From contig JBLDXI010000032.1 in the NCBI GenBank assembly GCA_047495785.1, forward strand, positions 4,439,782 through 4,503,781: a stretch of DNA of 64,000 nt. Direction: 5' to 3'. Origin of the DNA: Lepidodermella squamata (lineage: Eukaryota > Animalia > Gastrotricha). Shown piece by piece: positions 36,384 to 48,918 of this stretch (position 1 is the first letter of the stretch; each line of letters begins with the position of its first letter). The notes under the pieces were generated by a model that saw only the letters and a list, made by a program, of their open reading frames with translations, made no database searches and had not been told where the DNA came from. Both the position numbers and the translations under genes were made by a program.

Positions 36384-37197
36384 GAGGAAAAACATATCAT
36401 TATCGAAAAGAAAGCGCTTTGTTGAAAAATAATAATAGTGTGAAAGAAATAATTTCCTATTAACTTTTATCAATCGCTTCCCGACTGCGTTGACGCAGAG
36501 GAGTACATTTTCTTATCCTTTGAGGATCCGCTCCCAAAGCAGATTTCTCTCTTCTCTCGCTTCTGAGAATTTTACCTTAGAATTCTTCTTTGTTCTTTAT
36601 TCTTTTTTCTTAAAGAATTCTGCGCCGGTTTGGGAGATTTCTGGTGAAGGAATTTGCGAATTTAATGTGAGCAGAAAAAATAATGAGCAGAAATTGGGAG
36701 TAAATAATTTCTGAATTATGTTAACAGAAATAGTAGAAGTGAATAGCAGGAATCAAATTATCGCAGCTTGGACTCATCTGAGTTATTTGGCTCGCATCAG
36801 TGACTCAAAACACCGTAACGCAAATAGTATTGTAGTTACTTTCTTCTATTCGCAACAGAACCAATAGCGAATCATCAAAGTGAATCAATAGCGCGCATCT
36901 GTATTACTATAGTTACCTGAGTGTGAAACTTCCCAAGTGTCCGGTTAACCGCCCGATATTGAGGATATCCGGGCGATAAATTTACACGCAGCAACATTTT
37001 GTTCCATTAATTATGCAAATTTTCTTTAAAAAAATAGGAAGCAAGAAAGTTGTGCGTGAAAAATATTCGCGGAGAGATTCCTGTTTCTTGTTTATTACAA
37101 ACAATTATGAAGTGATTTCAAATTGTTGCTCCGTGTTTTCATATCCTTAAGCTACTTTTATTCATTTTCATTCGCTTTCATTAACCTACTTCATTAC

Positions 37198-37536
37198 TCG
37201 ACACTCGACACTAGGTCAGGCCCAGAGTCAAGTGATATTCATTCCGATTGTCTAAGTATCTGGGTGTGTATATCGTAAGCGACGCGCCAAAACAACCACT
37301 CATTCGATCGTACTTTAAGGAGCCCAGCGAAATGATTAAGTACGTGTTCGGCTTCTTTGAGCACTGATCGTAATTTGAATTTACGTTTACTGGTCGAACG
37401 TATTTTCCATGAAAAATCTATTAATAGTAAAGTGGTTGTTTTCGCGCGTCACTAACGATAAGATACACACCCAAATACTTGGACAATGGGAATAAATATC
37501 ACTTGACTCAGGGCCTGACCTAGTGTCGAGTGTCGA
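37198..37536. mobile_element. MITE/foldback-like element with ~100-bp imperfect terminal inverted repeats
   Basis: TCGACACTCGACACTAGGTCAGGCCC...AAAACAACCACT (37198-~37300) is the reverse complement of ~37430-37536 with scattered mismatches; no ORF; no clear TSD. Confidence 0.7.
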
Positions 37537-38716
37537 CTGTAAATCTCAAATTCTCTCTTGCAAGCAGCATTTCTTGGTCAAGTAATTTGTGACGAAATTC
37601 GAAATTCCCAAGAGTTCTAGAACTAGATGAATTCATCCGAATAACGAAATTAAAGTTAGTCAATTTCTTCTGTGACGCCAATAAAACACTTATTTCTACT
37701 TTATTTCTATAATCTACTTCATATAGGTACGTCAGAATTCAATATAATATGTTGAACTTGACCATTATGCCACGCAGTCTTGGTGTTCTCTTTTCCATAT
37801 ATCTCATTTTTGTTTGAATATTCAGTTCCAAAAAATGATCTAATACAGTGGTGACTTATTAGATTTTGGATGGTTGTCATGCTTTTTCATATATAATAAT
37901 AATAATAATACACAAATAATTATGATTTGGTCGCCGCATCAGTACTGATGTACAGTTATTGGAAGACTCACTTGACGCCGCGCGCATCGATCAGCTATAC
38001 TGACATTTCGAAATCAGCGCAAGTGTTTGCCAAGTCGAGCAGAGCAGATGAGCAGCTGATTCTTTCTTGGTTTTTGATTAGCATTGGCACCGAGGCGTAG
38101 CAGTTGCGCAGGAGCAATCTCAGCTTTCCACACTTTGTAATCACAAGAAATAACGGCAAAAAATGGCGCGAAATGCGAGGCATTCGCAATCCCGCAGGGC
38201 TCATCACTTGCCACTATCCGCAGCTTCTTACATATTATATCAAGAACTGAGTATACTTATAGTATACTATTTTATACTACAGCCTAGTATAAAAACGAGC
38301 ACTAGTGTTTTCTGTTAATTGCTTCTTTATATATTTTTCTTTCTTTTCTTCACTTTCTTCAGTCTTCCATAGCAATCAGAGATCAGGTTAATCTGATCTC
38401 TATGACGTCTTTATAGGATAGTCGCGTTTATGGGCGCACCCTGTATAGATTATAAATCCAGCCTCGAAAACCGCACTTGTGTAAAAAAAAGTTCTAGGTG
38501 TATTATATCTCAGGTGAGTAATCACTGACAACAACTAAATGCTGGTTTTCACAATGATTCTTTTGGTACAATCGGCAATCCCTTTTGTGCTATATTAAAT
38601 AACAGAAGCGAATGCGTCAAAAAGCGTAAAATTGACAAAATCCGCCATTTATTTGCTCTGCGGTTCTTCGATATTAATTCGATATTCTTTCTCAAAAATG
38701 AGAACTTGGTCGTCGA

Positions 38717-41700
38717 ATGAGAAGTAAATCATTGGCCGATGTTTCTTCCGATCGTCCGATCTGTCGAAATCACTATCTGATCTCACACTCATCCCCAGCA
38801 GCAGTCTTCTCGATCGGAATCGAAGAGAAAGACGTCAAAAAATCATCAGATGGACTTCTGTTTGCAAGCATTGACGAGCCAAGAGCGGACGACTGCTTGC
38901 AGACGACTACTTTATTTGCTGAGCATGCGGCACTTACTGCTTGTAGTAGCAACTGTACTGCGGACTCTGTGGCTCGCCTGCGATTCATCGACTGTAGTAG
39001 CCAAGAACAGCCTAGTTCAACTGGCGAAAATGATAAGGCTGCAACACACGCAACACCTGATGAATGTCATCAATTCGCCGATGTTTCTTGCTCAGTGTTC
39101 ACTAGAGATAATCCCCTTCGCAAGGCCGCTGTCAGTCTCATCACATGGAAGTAAGTGTGTTCTGTCATTATAGCTGTCAACGAAATATTGTGATAACATA
39201 TAGTCCTAAGATTCGATAATAATATAACAACATTATAATTATATACAGGTGGTTTGAACGGTTGTCCATCGGAGTCATCGTGTTGAATTGCATCGCTTTG
39301 GGAATGGCGGACCCATGTGATATAAGCTGCTCCAGCCAACTCTGCCATATACTCCAACTCGTTGAACATGGCATCTTTGCATTTTTTGCAACCGAAATGC
39401 TCATGAAAATGGTTGCGATGGGTGTATTTGGCAAGACAGCCTACTTGGGCGATGGCTGGAACTGCTTCGATTGTTTTATCGTCCTGGTTGGAATCATCGA
39501 ATACATATTCATCAACGGCGAAATTAATTTCTCTGCTATCCGAGCTTTCAGGGTGTTCAGACCGCTCCGTGCTATTAACCGGATTCCTGGCCTTAGACTT
39601 TTAGTTACGCTTCTTCTTGACATACTTCCGATGCTCGGAAATGGTAGGAACATGATCGATTACATTGATATGTAAAATATCCTAAACTTGCCTTTATCCC
39701 ACGCAGTCTTGGTGTTCTGCTTTTTCATATTTTTCATTTTTGGAATCGGTGGCGTTCAGCTATGGTCAGGCACACTTCGCCACCGCTGCTTTTTTCCGAG
39801 GAACATTTCCGCTGGCCTCGAACCGCCCGGTTTTATGCCGCCTTACTATCGCACATCGCTGGCTGACTTTGTATGCTCTCCTGATAGCGGAATGTTTACC
39901 TGTGATCAAATCATGATTTTTGAGTGAGCCAACTTGAATCTTGTCACTTATAATAATGATGAAGCTTTTTTTCTCATCGATAAAATTTAGGACTAATCAT
40001 GAATCGATGTGCATGGAGCTATTCGACGGGCATCCTCGAGAATTTTCCGAGTGCCAACGCTGGGTTGGGAATTACACAGATTGTCGCGCCGAAGGCCCGA
40101 ATCCTCTTCAGGGCACCCTGAGCTTCGATAACATCGGATTCGCATGCATCGCAATATTTCAGGTGATATCACTCGAAGGGTGGGCTGAAATTATGTATTT
40201 GATGATGGTAATATATATATCAGAATAGCTTTCATTTGATAATAATGTTGGTTATCAATCAGGATTCTTACTCGTTCTGGGTATGGACTTATTTTGTGGC
40301 ACTGATCATGATCGGCTCTCAATTTGCCGTCAACCTTTGTCTCGTTGTGATTGCAACTCAATTCTCTGAAACAAAAAAGCGGGAGATGTCGAAAATGCGT
40401 CTCGAACGCCGCGCGAAAGCACTATCATTGTCAAGTATGGGCGATAGCAGTGTTATAGAGGAATCATCCACTTACAATCAAGTGCTTAACCTCATCAAAC
40501 ATTTCGCTCGCTTGAGTTATCGCCGCACTTTGACAGCTCTTAAAATCCGGCGATTAAACGCGCGCAACTCAGATTCAGATGGACAAGGCAAGCCATCACC
40601 GCGTAATACTGATCCGACCGTCGACCGCGATCAACAAGGAAATGACCGTTGCTCAATTCGAATGGAAGGTTTTTATTAGAATTTCGAATTTATTGACTTA
40701 ATTTATGTGGATTATGTGAATCGTCTTTAACGTTGTTTTAACGTATGTCATGTTAATTTTGTTTGTTCAGGCAAAAATTTTCAACTGCGAATGATGCTGC
40801 GAAGAGTCATCGAGCACAACATTGGCGTTGGCTTCATCGCTGGGGCGATTCTCGTAAACACTATTGTAATGGGTGCCGAACATCACAATCAGCCCGAGTC
40901 CTTTGCTCGGGCCATAGATATTTTGAACCTATTCTTCACCGTCTTTTTTACGGCAGAACTCATTGTGAAGCTTTACGCTTACGGGTTTTGCGGATTCATT
41001 CACGACGGATTCAACATGCTGGATTTGATCATAGTGATCTTAAAGTAAGCATTGCTGATTGTATCTGTTTTCATCTATCATCATTGATCTGAAATTCCAC
41101 AGCCTCGCAGAATTGCATCAGGGCAGTGATTCTCATCTATCAGTATTGAGGACATTTAGACTGGTGCGTGTGGTTAAGATTATTCGATTTCTACCATCGC
41201 TACAGCGCTCGCTAGTCGTCATGATGCGCACAGTCGATAACATAGCACCATTTTTCGTTATGCTGAGCTTCTTCCTCTACATATTCGCTCTTCTCGGGAT
41301 GTCGCTGTTTGGGTGCAAGTTCTGCCCTCAAGCCTCCTTACTTAACAACAATAACGCTTCTGATGTTGAGCGATTGGGTGAAATGATGCCGCATTCGATA
41401 AAGTGTCACTTGGCAGTTTTGCAGAATGAAAACCAAATCAACGATACAGTGATGCAAAACGCGTTAAAAGGCCACAGTTACAATTCACCTGCCATAATGC
41501 TCCAACAGCCTTGTCCGCGGTCGAATTTTGATTCTTTGCTTACCTCGTTGTTTACCGTTCTGCAAGTGTTCACTCAAGACGCTTGGTCGGCAGTTCTAAA
41601 GGACGGCATGAGAAATACTAACGATTACGCCAGTCTTTACTTTGTGGCACTCGTGACAATAGGAAACTACGTCATTTTCAATCTACTTGTCGCTATTTTG

Positions 41701-44700
41701 GTAGAAGGATTCGCGTCAGAAAACGTATGTGAATAAAACTTATAATATTTCGAGAACATTTTTAAAGCTAGCTGAATCTTTAGGACGCTGGGAGCCTCTC
41801 AGAGTTCACCGTCGATGTTCATTCCTTGTCAGTCTCGCATCGCGGATCGATAAGTGGATTAGAACGACATCAGCCGAGATACAAGAAATCAGGCGCTTTA
41901 TCTGGGAGAAAAAAGTTGAAGAAGCGTCGGAAGTCTCCTCCAATAATAACTATACAGGTGAGTCAGTATTTGTTTGTCATAATATGAGACCCATTTCACT
42001 TTCGAAACAACACTTTTACATACAGAACTTTGATAATCCAAGCGAGGAAGTCACCGTTTTCCATCCTAGAATCAGCGCAACATCATCAGCGACCACGCCT
42101 TCTTCACGTTCCGAGCCCTTTACTATAGCTCAGTTTGCCAGAGAAACACGCTCCAGAATCCTCGCTGCCATATTTCGTGTACAGCAAGTGATTCATGAGC
42201 GCAGAGATTACTCGCTTTTTCTCCTTTCACCTGAGAACAGTTTAAGAGCTTCACTTGTAGCGATGATCCAACATCCAGCATTTGACAACACAGTGCTTGT
42301 GTTCATTCTAATTAACTGCTGCCTCATCACTATCGAGCGTCCTTCTATTTCACCTGATAGTCTTGAAAGGCGAAATTTGGATGTTGCCAACTACGTTCTC
42401 AACTTCGTATTTGCAATGGAAGCAGCTGTTAAAATAATAGCTAGCGGTTTTGTCCTCTCGAAAGACTCGTATCTTCGATGTGGTTGGAACATTTTGGACT
42501 TCACGTTGATCAACTGCTCTACCATCCATACTGTTCTGACTCTGACCTCCTCTTTGGGCTCAGCTGAAACAAAAATATTAGAGATCTTCAGAGTGCTTAG
42601 AATTCTCCGCGCACTTCGTCCTCTTCGAGTTGTGAACAGAGCTCCCGGTTTGAAAATTGCTCTGGAGACTTTGATGGTTTCGATAAAACCAATAGGCAAC
42701 ATAATAATAATAACGATCGCATTCTTCTTCGTATTTGCGGTTCTTGGCTTGCAATTGTTCCGCGGCTGTTTCCACCAATGTCAGATACCTGAACTAGCAC
42801 CACACAACTCTTCGACTCCGCACATAACTAGTACTCGCAGTCATGGTGGCACGGTCGTCCCAAATAACGAAATCAATCAAGTAACACTACCAAATACAGC
42901 AACTGTGATGCCAGACGACAATGTTGGCGGACATACTGCTGATAAGAATTCGCTTGAACACAACTTCGACTTGCTGCAATCCGTGCGCAATAGAAGTGAT
43001 TGTGATAGTCTTGGATTCAATTGGGTTAATGAAGGATTCAATTTTGACGACCTGGCTAATTCACTGATGACCCTATTTGTTTTCGCAACTTTTGATGGCT
43101 GGGTTGAGATTACGTGGAATGGTGTTGACTGTGTTGGCGTCGACCAGCAGCCTATCGAAAACTACAATGGCTGGCGCGTGATATACTTCATCTCTTTTCT
43201 TCTTATCGTCTGCTTCTTTGTATGATTGCACAAGTACCGAAAATGCCATATTGGTAATGCTCTGTATTTCCAGATGCTCAACATGTTCGTTGGAGTTGTG
43301 GTTAACAATTTTCAAAAAGTTCAAAAGCGAGTTCATGCCGAGATGGAAGCAAAGCGAGAGGCGATACGTAAAGAGAAACTTTTGGCCCGGTTAACTCAGA
43401 AGAACCAGCGAACAAGAAGAGGTGAGTAGTTTTTCTTCTTCCTCCCTCTTATCTGTCTTTTGGACGCGCATGATTGATGTGACTAGCACTATGCAGCGAA
43501 GAATACTATTGAAATCGGTTAGTGTTGTTCCCCAATACACGGAACACGAAATTCCTTAAACGCTGCAACTCATGTACAAGTCATGCGAGTATTTTTTGAA
43601 ATTCTTTTGACAATTGAATATTTTTGTCAGAAATGTTCATTTCGATATTTCGGCGCAACCCTCGCAACCCATCTACTGCTACCAGCAACACGATGCCACT
43701 GACCACAGCAGATCAGAGCATTACCTATGCCGTTGTCCACGGCCAAGACGCCGATACGACTTGTCACGGGGACAGCTCATATTACCTGAGGTACCCACGG
43801 TGGCGAAGACTTCTGCATACGGTTGTCGTGTCTCGTTCGTTCGAGTTTGTAATAACATCGATAACTATAGCAACTATGGTGACTATGGCCATGGAGTTTC
43901 ACGCAATGCCGCATGAGATGCAGACAGCCATGCGAATTATTGCCTATATTTTCACGGGTTTTATCGTTACTGAATGCATTGTCAAGATTGTCGCACTCGG
44001 CCTAAAACACTATTTTGCGGACAGATGGAATAAGCTCGATTTCATGATTGTTGTTCTTTCGCTAGCCGGAATTGTCGTGGAGGAAATGTTGGACTTCAAT
44101 CCAACAATGATTCAACTGATACGAATTCTCCGCATTATTCGAGTATTGAAGCTGCTTAAATCAGCAGATGGCATTCGTCGACTGCTGAACACTGTATCCG
44201 AAGCACTGCCACAAGTAAAGCGAATTTCATATCCTCACTAAATTTCTTGAATTTTGTCATTTTCATTAGGTCGGAAACCTGGCTCTTTTGTTTTTGCTTC
44301 TTTTCTTCATCTACTCAGCTGTAGGCGTTGAGCTATTCGGCAAATACGACTGCAATTACATAATGTGCGAGGGATTGTCGCGTCATGCTAATTTTCAGCA
44401 TTTCGGGATGTCTCTACTGACGCTCTTTCGCATTTTCACCGGTGACAATTGGAATGGCATACTTAAAGACATGCTTAATTTCTCGAGCGATGAGCAATGC
44501 ATAGACATGATGAGGCCGCACATGGGCAGCAAACCAAATCAGGAGCAGAACGGTGTCAAGATCGAATGCGCCATTATTCACGTTCTCTCGCCGTTCTACT
44601 TTGTGTCCTTTGTTCTCATCTCCCAGTTTATTCTCATCAATGTCGTCATTGCTGTTCTGATGGGCTCCCTAGAAGGATCTCATTACTTCGAACGGGTTAA

Positions 44701-45807
44701 TGCAAAGAAAATTGGCGACGAAATTACAGAAAAAGTCGCTGTTCTAGAGGGAGTGCTAGCATCGGTTTGCCCGGAACTGGTATGTATATTTTAACCATTT
44801 CTTTCTTCTTTCCACTCTTTCATTTTGTCTCTGGTTTCGTGCATAGCCGTATAGTCGTGTAAGATAGCCCCGAATTTGCTTTTTCTAGCCAGCCATAGTG
44901 TCTATTGCCATTTGTACTCAGGTAACTACAATTTTGAACAGGAGGTACTATTTTGGACATTCCACGCATATTCTAAACGACGATATTATCTTTTTGCTTG
45001 TTAATCAAAATGGATATAGGATTATTGGAGAATTATCGTGAACAGTTGCGTGCGTCAAGTTTGATGAACAGGATATACATTGGCATTTCTTGAACTTGGA
45101 TTTATAAAGCTTTTTGTTTTCAGGTTGAGCGTTTGCAGAGCCAACTGCGAACCACACGAGACGAAGTTATCAGCCTAGTTTCAACCGAGTACGCCCTGCG
45201 GACCCCAATGTTGGGCGAAGTCCCGCGACATAACACGCTTCTAGCATCCATGGAAGAAATTCCTCAGCTCGAATCTAGTCACCAATCATTAGCTTCTAAT
45301 AGGAGCGGGCGACACTCACAGGCTTCTATTCATAATAGTACCACTGTCGGCGGTACCAACTCGCATGTTTCAAGTCAAATTGCTATCGATCAGAGCATAC
45401 TCGAAGAAGTGTTCGAAGATCTTTATCACGAGCTTACTTTTCCGGATCGAAGAATTCGAATCTCTGACCAAACAAGCGTTACTAGCCGATTTGTTCAAAT
45501 GAGAAGGCAGTCGTCGGTTGCATCAACCACCCTTGATAACAGCCGAGCGAACCGTCATCGAGAGCTGTCATTCAGCAGGTCTTGTTCTTCCGAAGCTCCG
45601 ACCGAACCTACTACAGCAAGACATCGAAGAAAACAAATGATTAGGAAGAAGCACGCTATTTTGGAGCCGAAGTTGTCTCTAAATCCCTCGCCTTCTAATC
45701 GTCAGCGAGAGTCACTTAGAAGGACACAAAGCGAGCCCGCTTCAGATCATTACAGCTCTTATTCAAGAGTTCTGCCAAAGCGCAAAAGCTGGGCAGAACA
45801 TTCATAA
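38717..45807 (+). CDS. Cav3: T-type voltage-gated calcium channel alpha-1 subunit (Cav3 family; multi-exon)
   Basis: Four S1-S6 repeats with S4 segments ([68 protein letters not shown]); Cav3-typical [18 protein letters not shown] and gating-brake helix; pores SLEGW, TQDAW, TFDGW, TGDNW; GCKFC...RSNFDSLL; [13 protein letters not shown]. Confidence 0.95.
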
Positions 45808-46146
45808 TAAATATAATTTTTCATGATGATACGAAATAAAACTGTGCGCACCAATAACTTTATTTTTAGACAGGATTCCCCGTAAGATGAGATGATGATA
45901 ACTTTTTCATTTTCTAGTCCGGAATCGCATTTTTCTGCGGCTTTGACTTTGCCAAAAAAATTTGAAGATAACTTTTTCCATTTAAAGCCGGAAAACTCAT
46001 TCTTTGACTTGCTGTGGTGTATGTGTGTATCTCTGATTTCACTCAATTTTTCAACGAATTCCTCATTGTCAGCCGGTTACGTTCATAAAATCAGGGCACC
46101 CGTGATAGGCACACACCAGTCACGAGAATAGAGGTTCCGCAAGGCT

Positions 46147-46256
46147 ATGCGAGCGGAGCGAGCATGCCCAACTTGACCTCTATAGTTCGTCTGGAAATTA
46201 GCTGATTTTCGAAGAATGATATTAGGCCACGTTGGCCATGCTCACTCCGTTCGCAT
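46147..46256. mobile_element. Small MITE-like inverted repeat
   Basis: ATGCGAGCGGAGCGAGCATGCCCAACTTG versus reverse complement of the right arm ATGCGAACGGAGTGAGCATGGCCAACGTG (~30-bp arms). Confidence 0.6.
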
Positions 46257-46846
46257 TGGCATGGTGGTTAAGGATTGTCATCGTGTATGTGTGTGTTTGC
46301 TTATCCGAAATCATACATCCATGCCGTCCCTGAGATGCGGAGTCAGGTGTTCTTGCTCCATATTAAGCAAACAATGGCATGAAATGTTAGCGGAAAATGT
46401 AGTTGAAATCGAAGACACCATTATTGCAGCAATAAAGTAATAGAGTAATAAGCAATAAAAGTTCAATTACTATTCACATGGATTTCAGCAAATTTTTAAA
46501 AAAAGTTAGAAAATTAGAGCATAGTTGAATCTGAACTAAGTGCCTGCCAAACTTGCTCGTTGATGCTTATGTTACAAAAAATCAGTTATCAGTGTGTTTT
46601 TTTGTTACTTGAACGCGTGCCAGAAATCGAATATCCACTGCGCAGTGGTGATTCATATTCTAAAATTAGACTGACCGAGGCGATAAAATATGATAGAATT
46701 AGACATAAATAAATTGTAAACATTTCAACATAAGTCTACTGCCTAGGAACAGTTTCATAACTTTGAAAAAATTACTTAGGTAATATTCCTCAAACGTTGA
46801 AGCAAAAGTTATGAAGGGTTTTACACTAGTGTCCTCAAACTTACTA

Positions 46847-46931
46847 TAGGGTTAGGGTTAGGGTTAGGGTTAGGGTTAGGGTTAGGGTTAGGGTTAGGGT
46901 TAGGGTTAGGGTTAGGGTTAGGGTTAGGGTT
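46847..46931 (+). repeat. Telomeric repeat tract 1, (TTAGGG)~14
   Basis: Perfect TTAGGG hexamers with the G-rich strand running rightwards. Confidence 0.98.
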
Positions 46932-47267
46932 TTTAACTAATTTAATACAGACGAGCTGTAACCGGGGTTTCTCCTAAGAGAAACCAGCCGGGCCCTACCA
47001 TTACTCCTTTCAGGGCTGTTTCAGAGGTCTTGGCCGCAGAGATAATATTTGATAGAATCCTTGATTGGATTCTATGTTAAGTAAATGCAAGGCAATGCCT
47101 TGATTTGTAAATGAATGCAAGGCATTGCCTTGATTTATGAGTGATTTATAGGCCTCGGCCCATCACTTAGGAGCCTATGAAGGCTGAGATCACCATTAAG
47201 AGTGATCTGGTTTAACAAAAGTCCATAAAGGCTTTTTGTGATATCTCTCAGTGGTGTGGAAAACCAG

Positions 47268-47333
47268 GAGGTAGCCAGTTATCAGACGCGTTTCGCTACT
47301 TGGCTAAGGTAGCTCTTCAGTGATTTTTACCTC
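47268..47333 (-). ncRNA. Type I hammerhead ribozyme A
   Basis: gaggtaaaaATCA-CTGAAGA-GCTAC-cttagccaa-GTAGC-GAAA-CGCG-TC^TGATaactggctacctc; intact core; predicted cleavage between 47285 and 47284. Confidence 0.92.
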
Positions 47334-47345
47334 ACAAAATGAGAG

Positions 47346-47381
47346 AATGATTTCAGTCCTATATTATAACCTCTTTAAATA
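47346..47381 (-). promoter_or_regulatory. Putative Pol II core promoter of element A
   Basis: TATTTAAA at 47381-47374, 33 nt upstream of the initiator-like A in TGAAATCATT (47355-47346); same layout as element B. Confidence 0.6.
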
Positions 47382-47521
47382 GGGTCGTCGTTTGCCTTGT
47401 TGTTTATGTTTTATCGTACCAGATGTGGTGTCACGTGCATTTTCAATTGTGTATGTCCACGTGTTGTTCACGCTGAGCGAAGTTCAAAGTTATTTTTGTC
47501 ACTTCTTTGTTGTCCTGATTT

Positions 47522-48248
47522 GATCGATCTGGAACCTTTGTCATTGGCCGTACATGTTTTTTGACCACATATTCGTGATAAGCAGACTCGATTTGACTAT
47601 TTCCATGTGATTTATCGAGAAATGCCTGGAGATCCGAAGAATTATGAAATTATTTGAAATGCCAAACGGCAAATTTCGGAACGCAAAATAGGTCATTTGG
47701 GATCGATCTGGAACCTTTGTCATTGGCCGTACATGTTTTTTGACCACATATTCGTGATAAGCAGACTCGATTTGACTATTTCCATGTGATTTATCGAGAA
47801 ATGCCTGGAGATCCGAAGAATTATGAAATTATTTGAAATGCCAAACGGCAAATTTCGGAACGCAAAATAGGTCATTTGGGATCGATCTGGAACCTTTGTC
47901 ATTGGCCGTACATGTTTTTTGACCACATATTCGTGATAAGCAGACTCGATTTGACTATTTCCATGTGATTTATCGAGAAATGCCTGGAGATCCGAAGAAT
48001 TATGAAATTATTTGAAATGCCAAACGGCAAATTTCGGAACGCAAAATAGGTCATTTGGGATCGATCTGGAACCTTTGTCATTGGCCGTACATGTTTTTTG
48101 ACCACATATTCGTGATAAGCAGACTCGATTTGACTATTTCCATGTGATTTATCGAGAAATGCCTGGAGATCCGAAGAATTATGAAATTATTTGAAATGCC
48201 AAACGGCAAATTTCGGAACTGAAAATAGGTCATTTGGGATCGATCTGG
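47522..48248. repeat. 179-bp tandem satellite, four copies plus 11 bp
   Basis: Units begin GATCGATCTGGAACC at 47522, 47701, 47880, 48059 and (truncated) 48238; only a 2-nt difference seen, in copy 4. Confidence 0.97.
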
Positions 48249-48268
48249 GGTTAGGGTTAGGGTTAGGG

Positions 48269-48309
<41 letters not shown>

Positions 48310-48320
48310 GGTTAGTTAGG
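48248..48320 (+). repeat. Telomeric repeat tract 2, (TTAGGG)~11 with one TTTAGGG variant
   Basis: Direct reading; merges into GTTAGGGTTAGTTAGG, the start of element B. Confidence 0.97.
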
Positions 48321-48918
48321 AGAGAATTACCAGACAGGTAGCCTAAGCACCCCGGCAGTTAGCTCTAATGCTACTAGAGAGCCAGGCCTGCATTTCAATA
48401 GCTTTAGCCCTATCCGAGGATAGGGATAGGGATAGGGATAGGGATAGAGATGGAGATGGAGATAGAGGTGCAGGTTAAATTCACGGTTTTAACCGCCTCT
48501 GACATGACACTGTGCTATTCAATAGCAAGAACTCAATTACCGTCTCAAAAGGGTACACTTCTGATGTAGGGATGAGATGAGGTCGTGATAAAGATTCGAT
48601 TTATCAAGTCTCATGCCTCAACAACGCGTTCAATCCTTTCCCTTTTGGCTTCATTCAATGAGCCACAATTGTAAATTCTTTTATTACCATCTCGTAAATC
48701 TCTGGTAGGTAGGTGGATGGTTACAACTCACTAAACATTGTAAAAGCCACCCCTATAGGGAAGCAAATTACAAATGGCAACCCATATAGGGAAGCATGAC
48801 TGGAAAGGCCACCCATGAAGGGAAGCAGATACAAATAGCAGCCTTTGCAAGGCTCTCGATGTGGTTAATCGAAAATAATAAGCAAACACCCTGTAAACAG
48901 TGATCATTAATGACAAAT

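Larger units (their letters stand above)
46932..47521 (-). mobile_element. Non-coding hammerhead element A (Penelope/Athena pLTR-like or retrozyme-like) joined to telomeric repeats
   Basis: Minus strand: CACGTG boxes, TATTTAAA, TGAAATCATT, hammerhead, ~350 nt of stacked hairpins, then (CCCTAA)n. Confidence 0.72.

Noticed and set aside
34994-36473. Leu-rich minus-strand ORFs
   Set aside because: Antisense of the CAG/CAA-rich Gln protein gene
38436-38448. Tc1/mariner terminus (CACCCTGTA)
   Set aside because: No matching opposite TIR or transposase found
46754-46835. Short inverted repeat TTCATAACTTT/AAAGTTATGAA and ACACTAGTGT before the telomere tract, as a Helitron-like end
   Set aside because: Too short and AT-rich, with no supporting 5' end
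47522-48248. CRISPR array or coding repeat (68-aa ORF x3)
   Set aside because: Contiguous identical units with no unique spacers, eukaryotic context, no cas genes
48560-48600. Second hammerhead on the + strand at CTGATGTAGGG
   Set aside because: Core reads CUGAUGU rather than CUGANGA, with no stem II followed by GAAA
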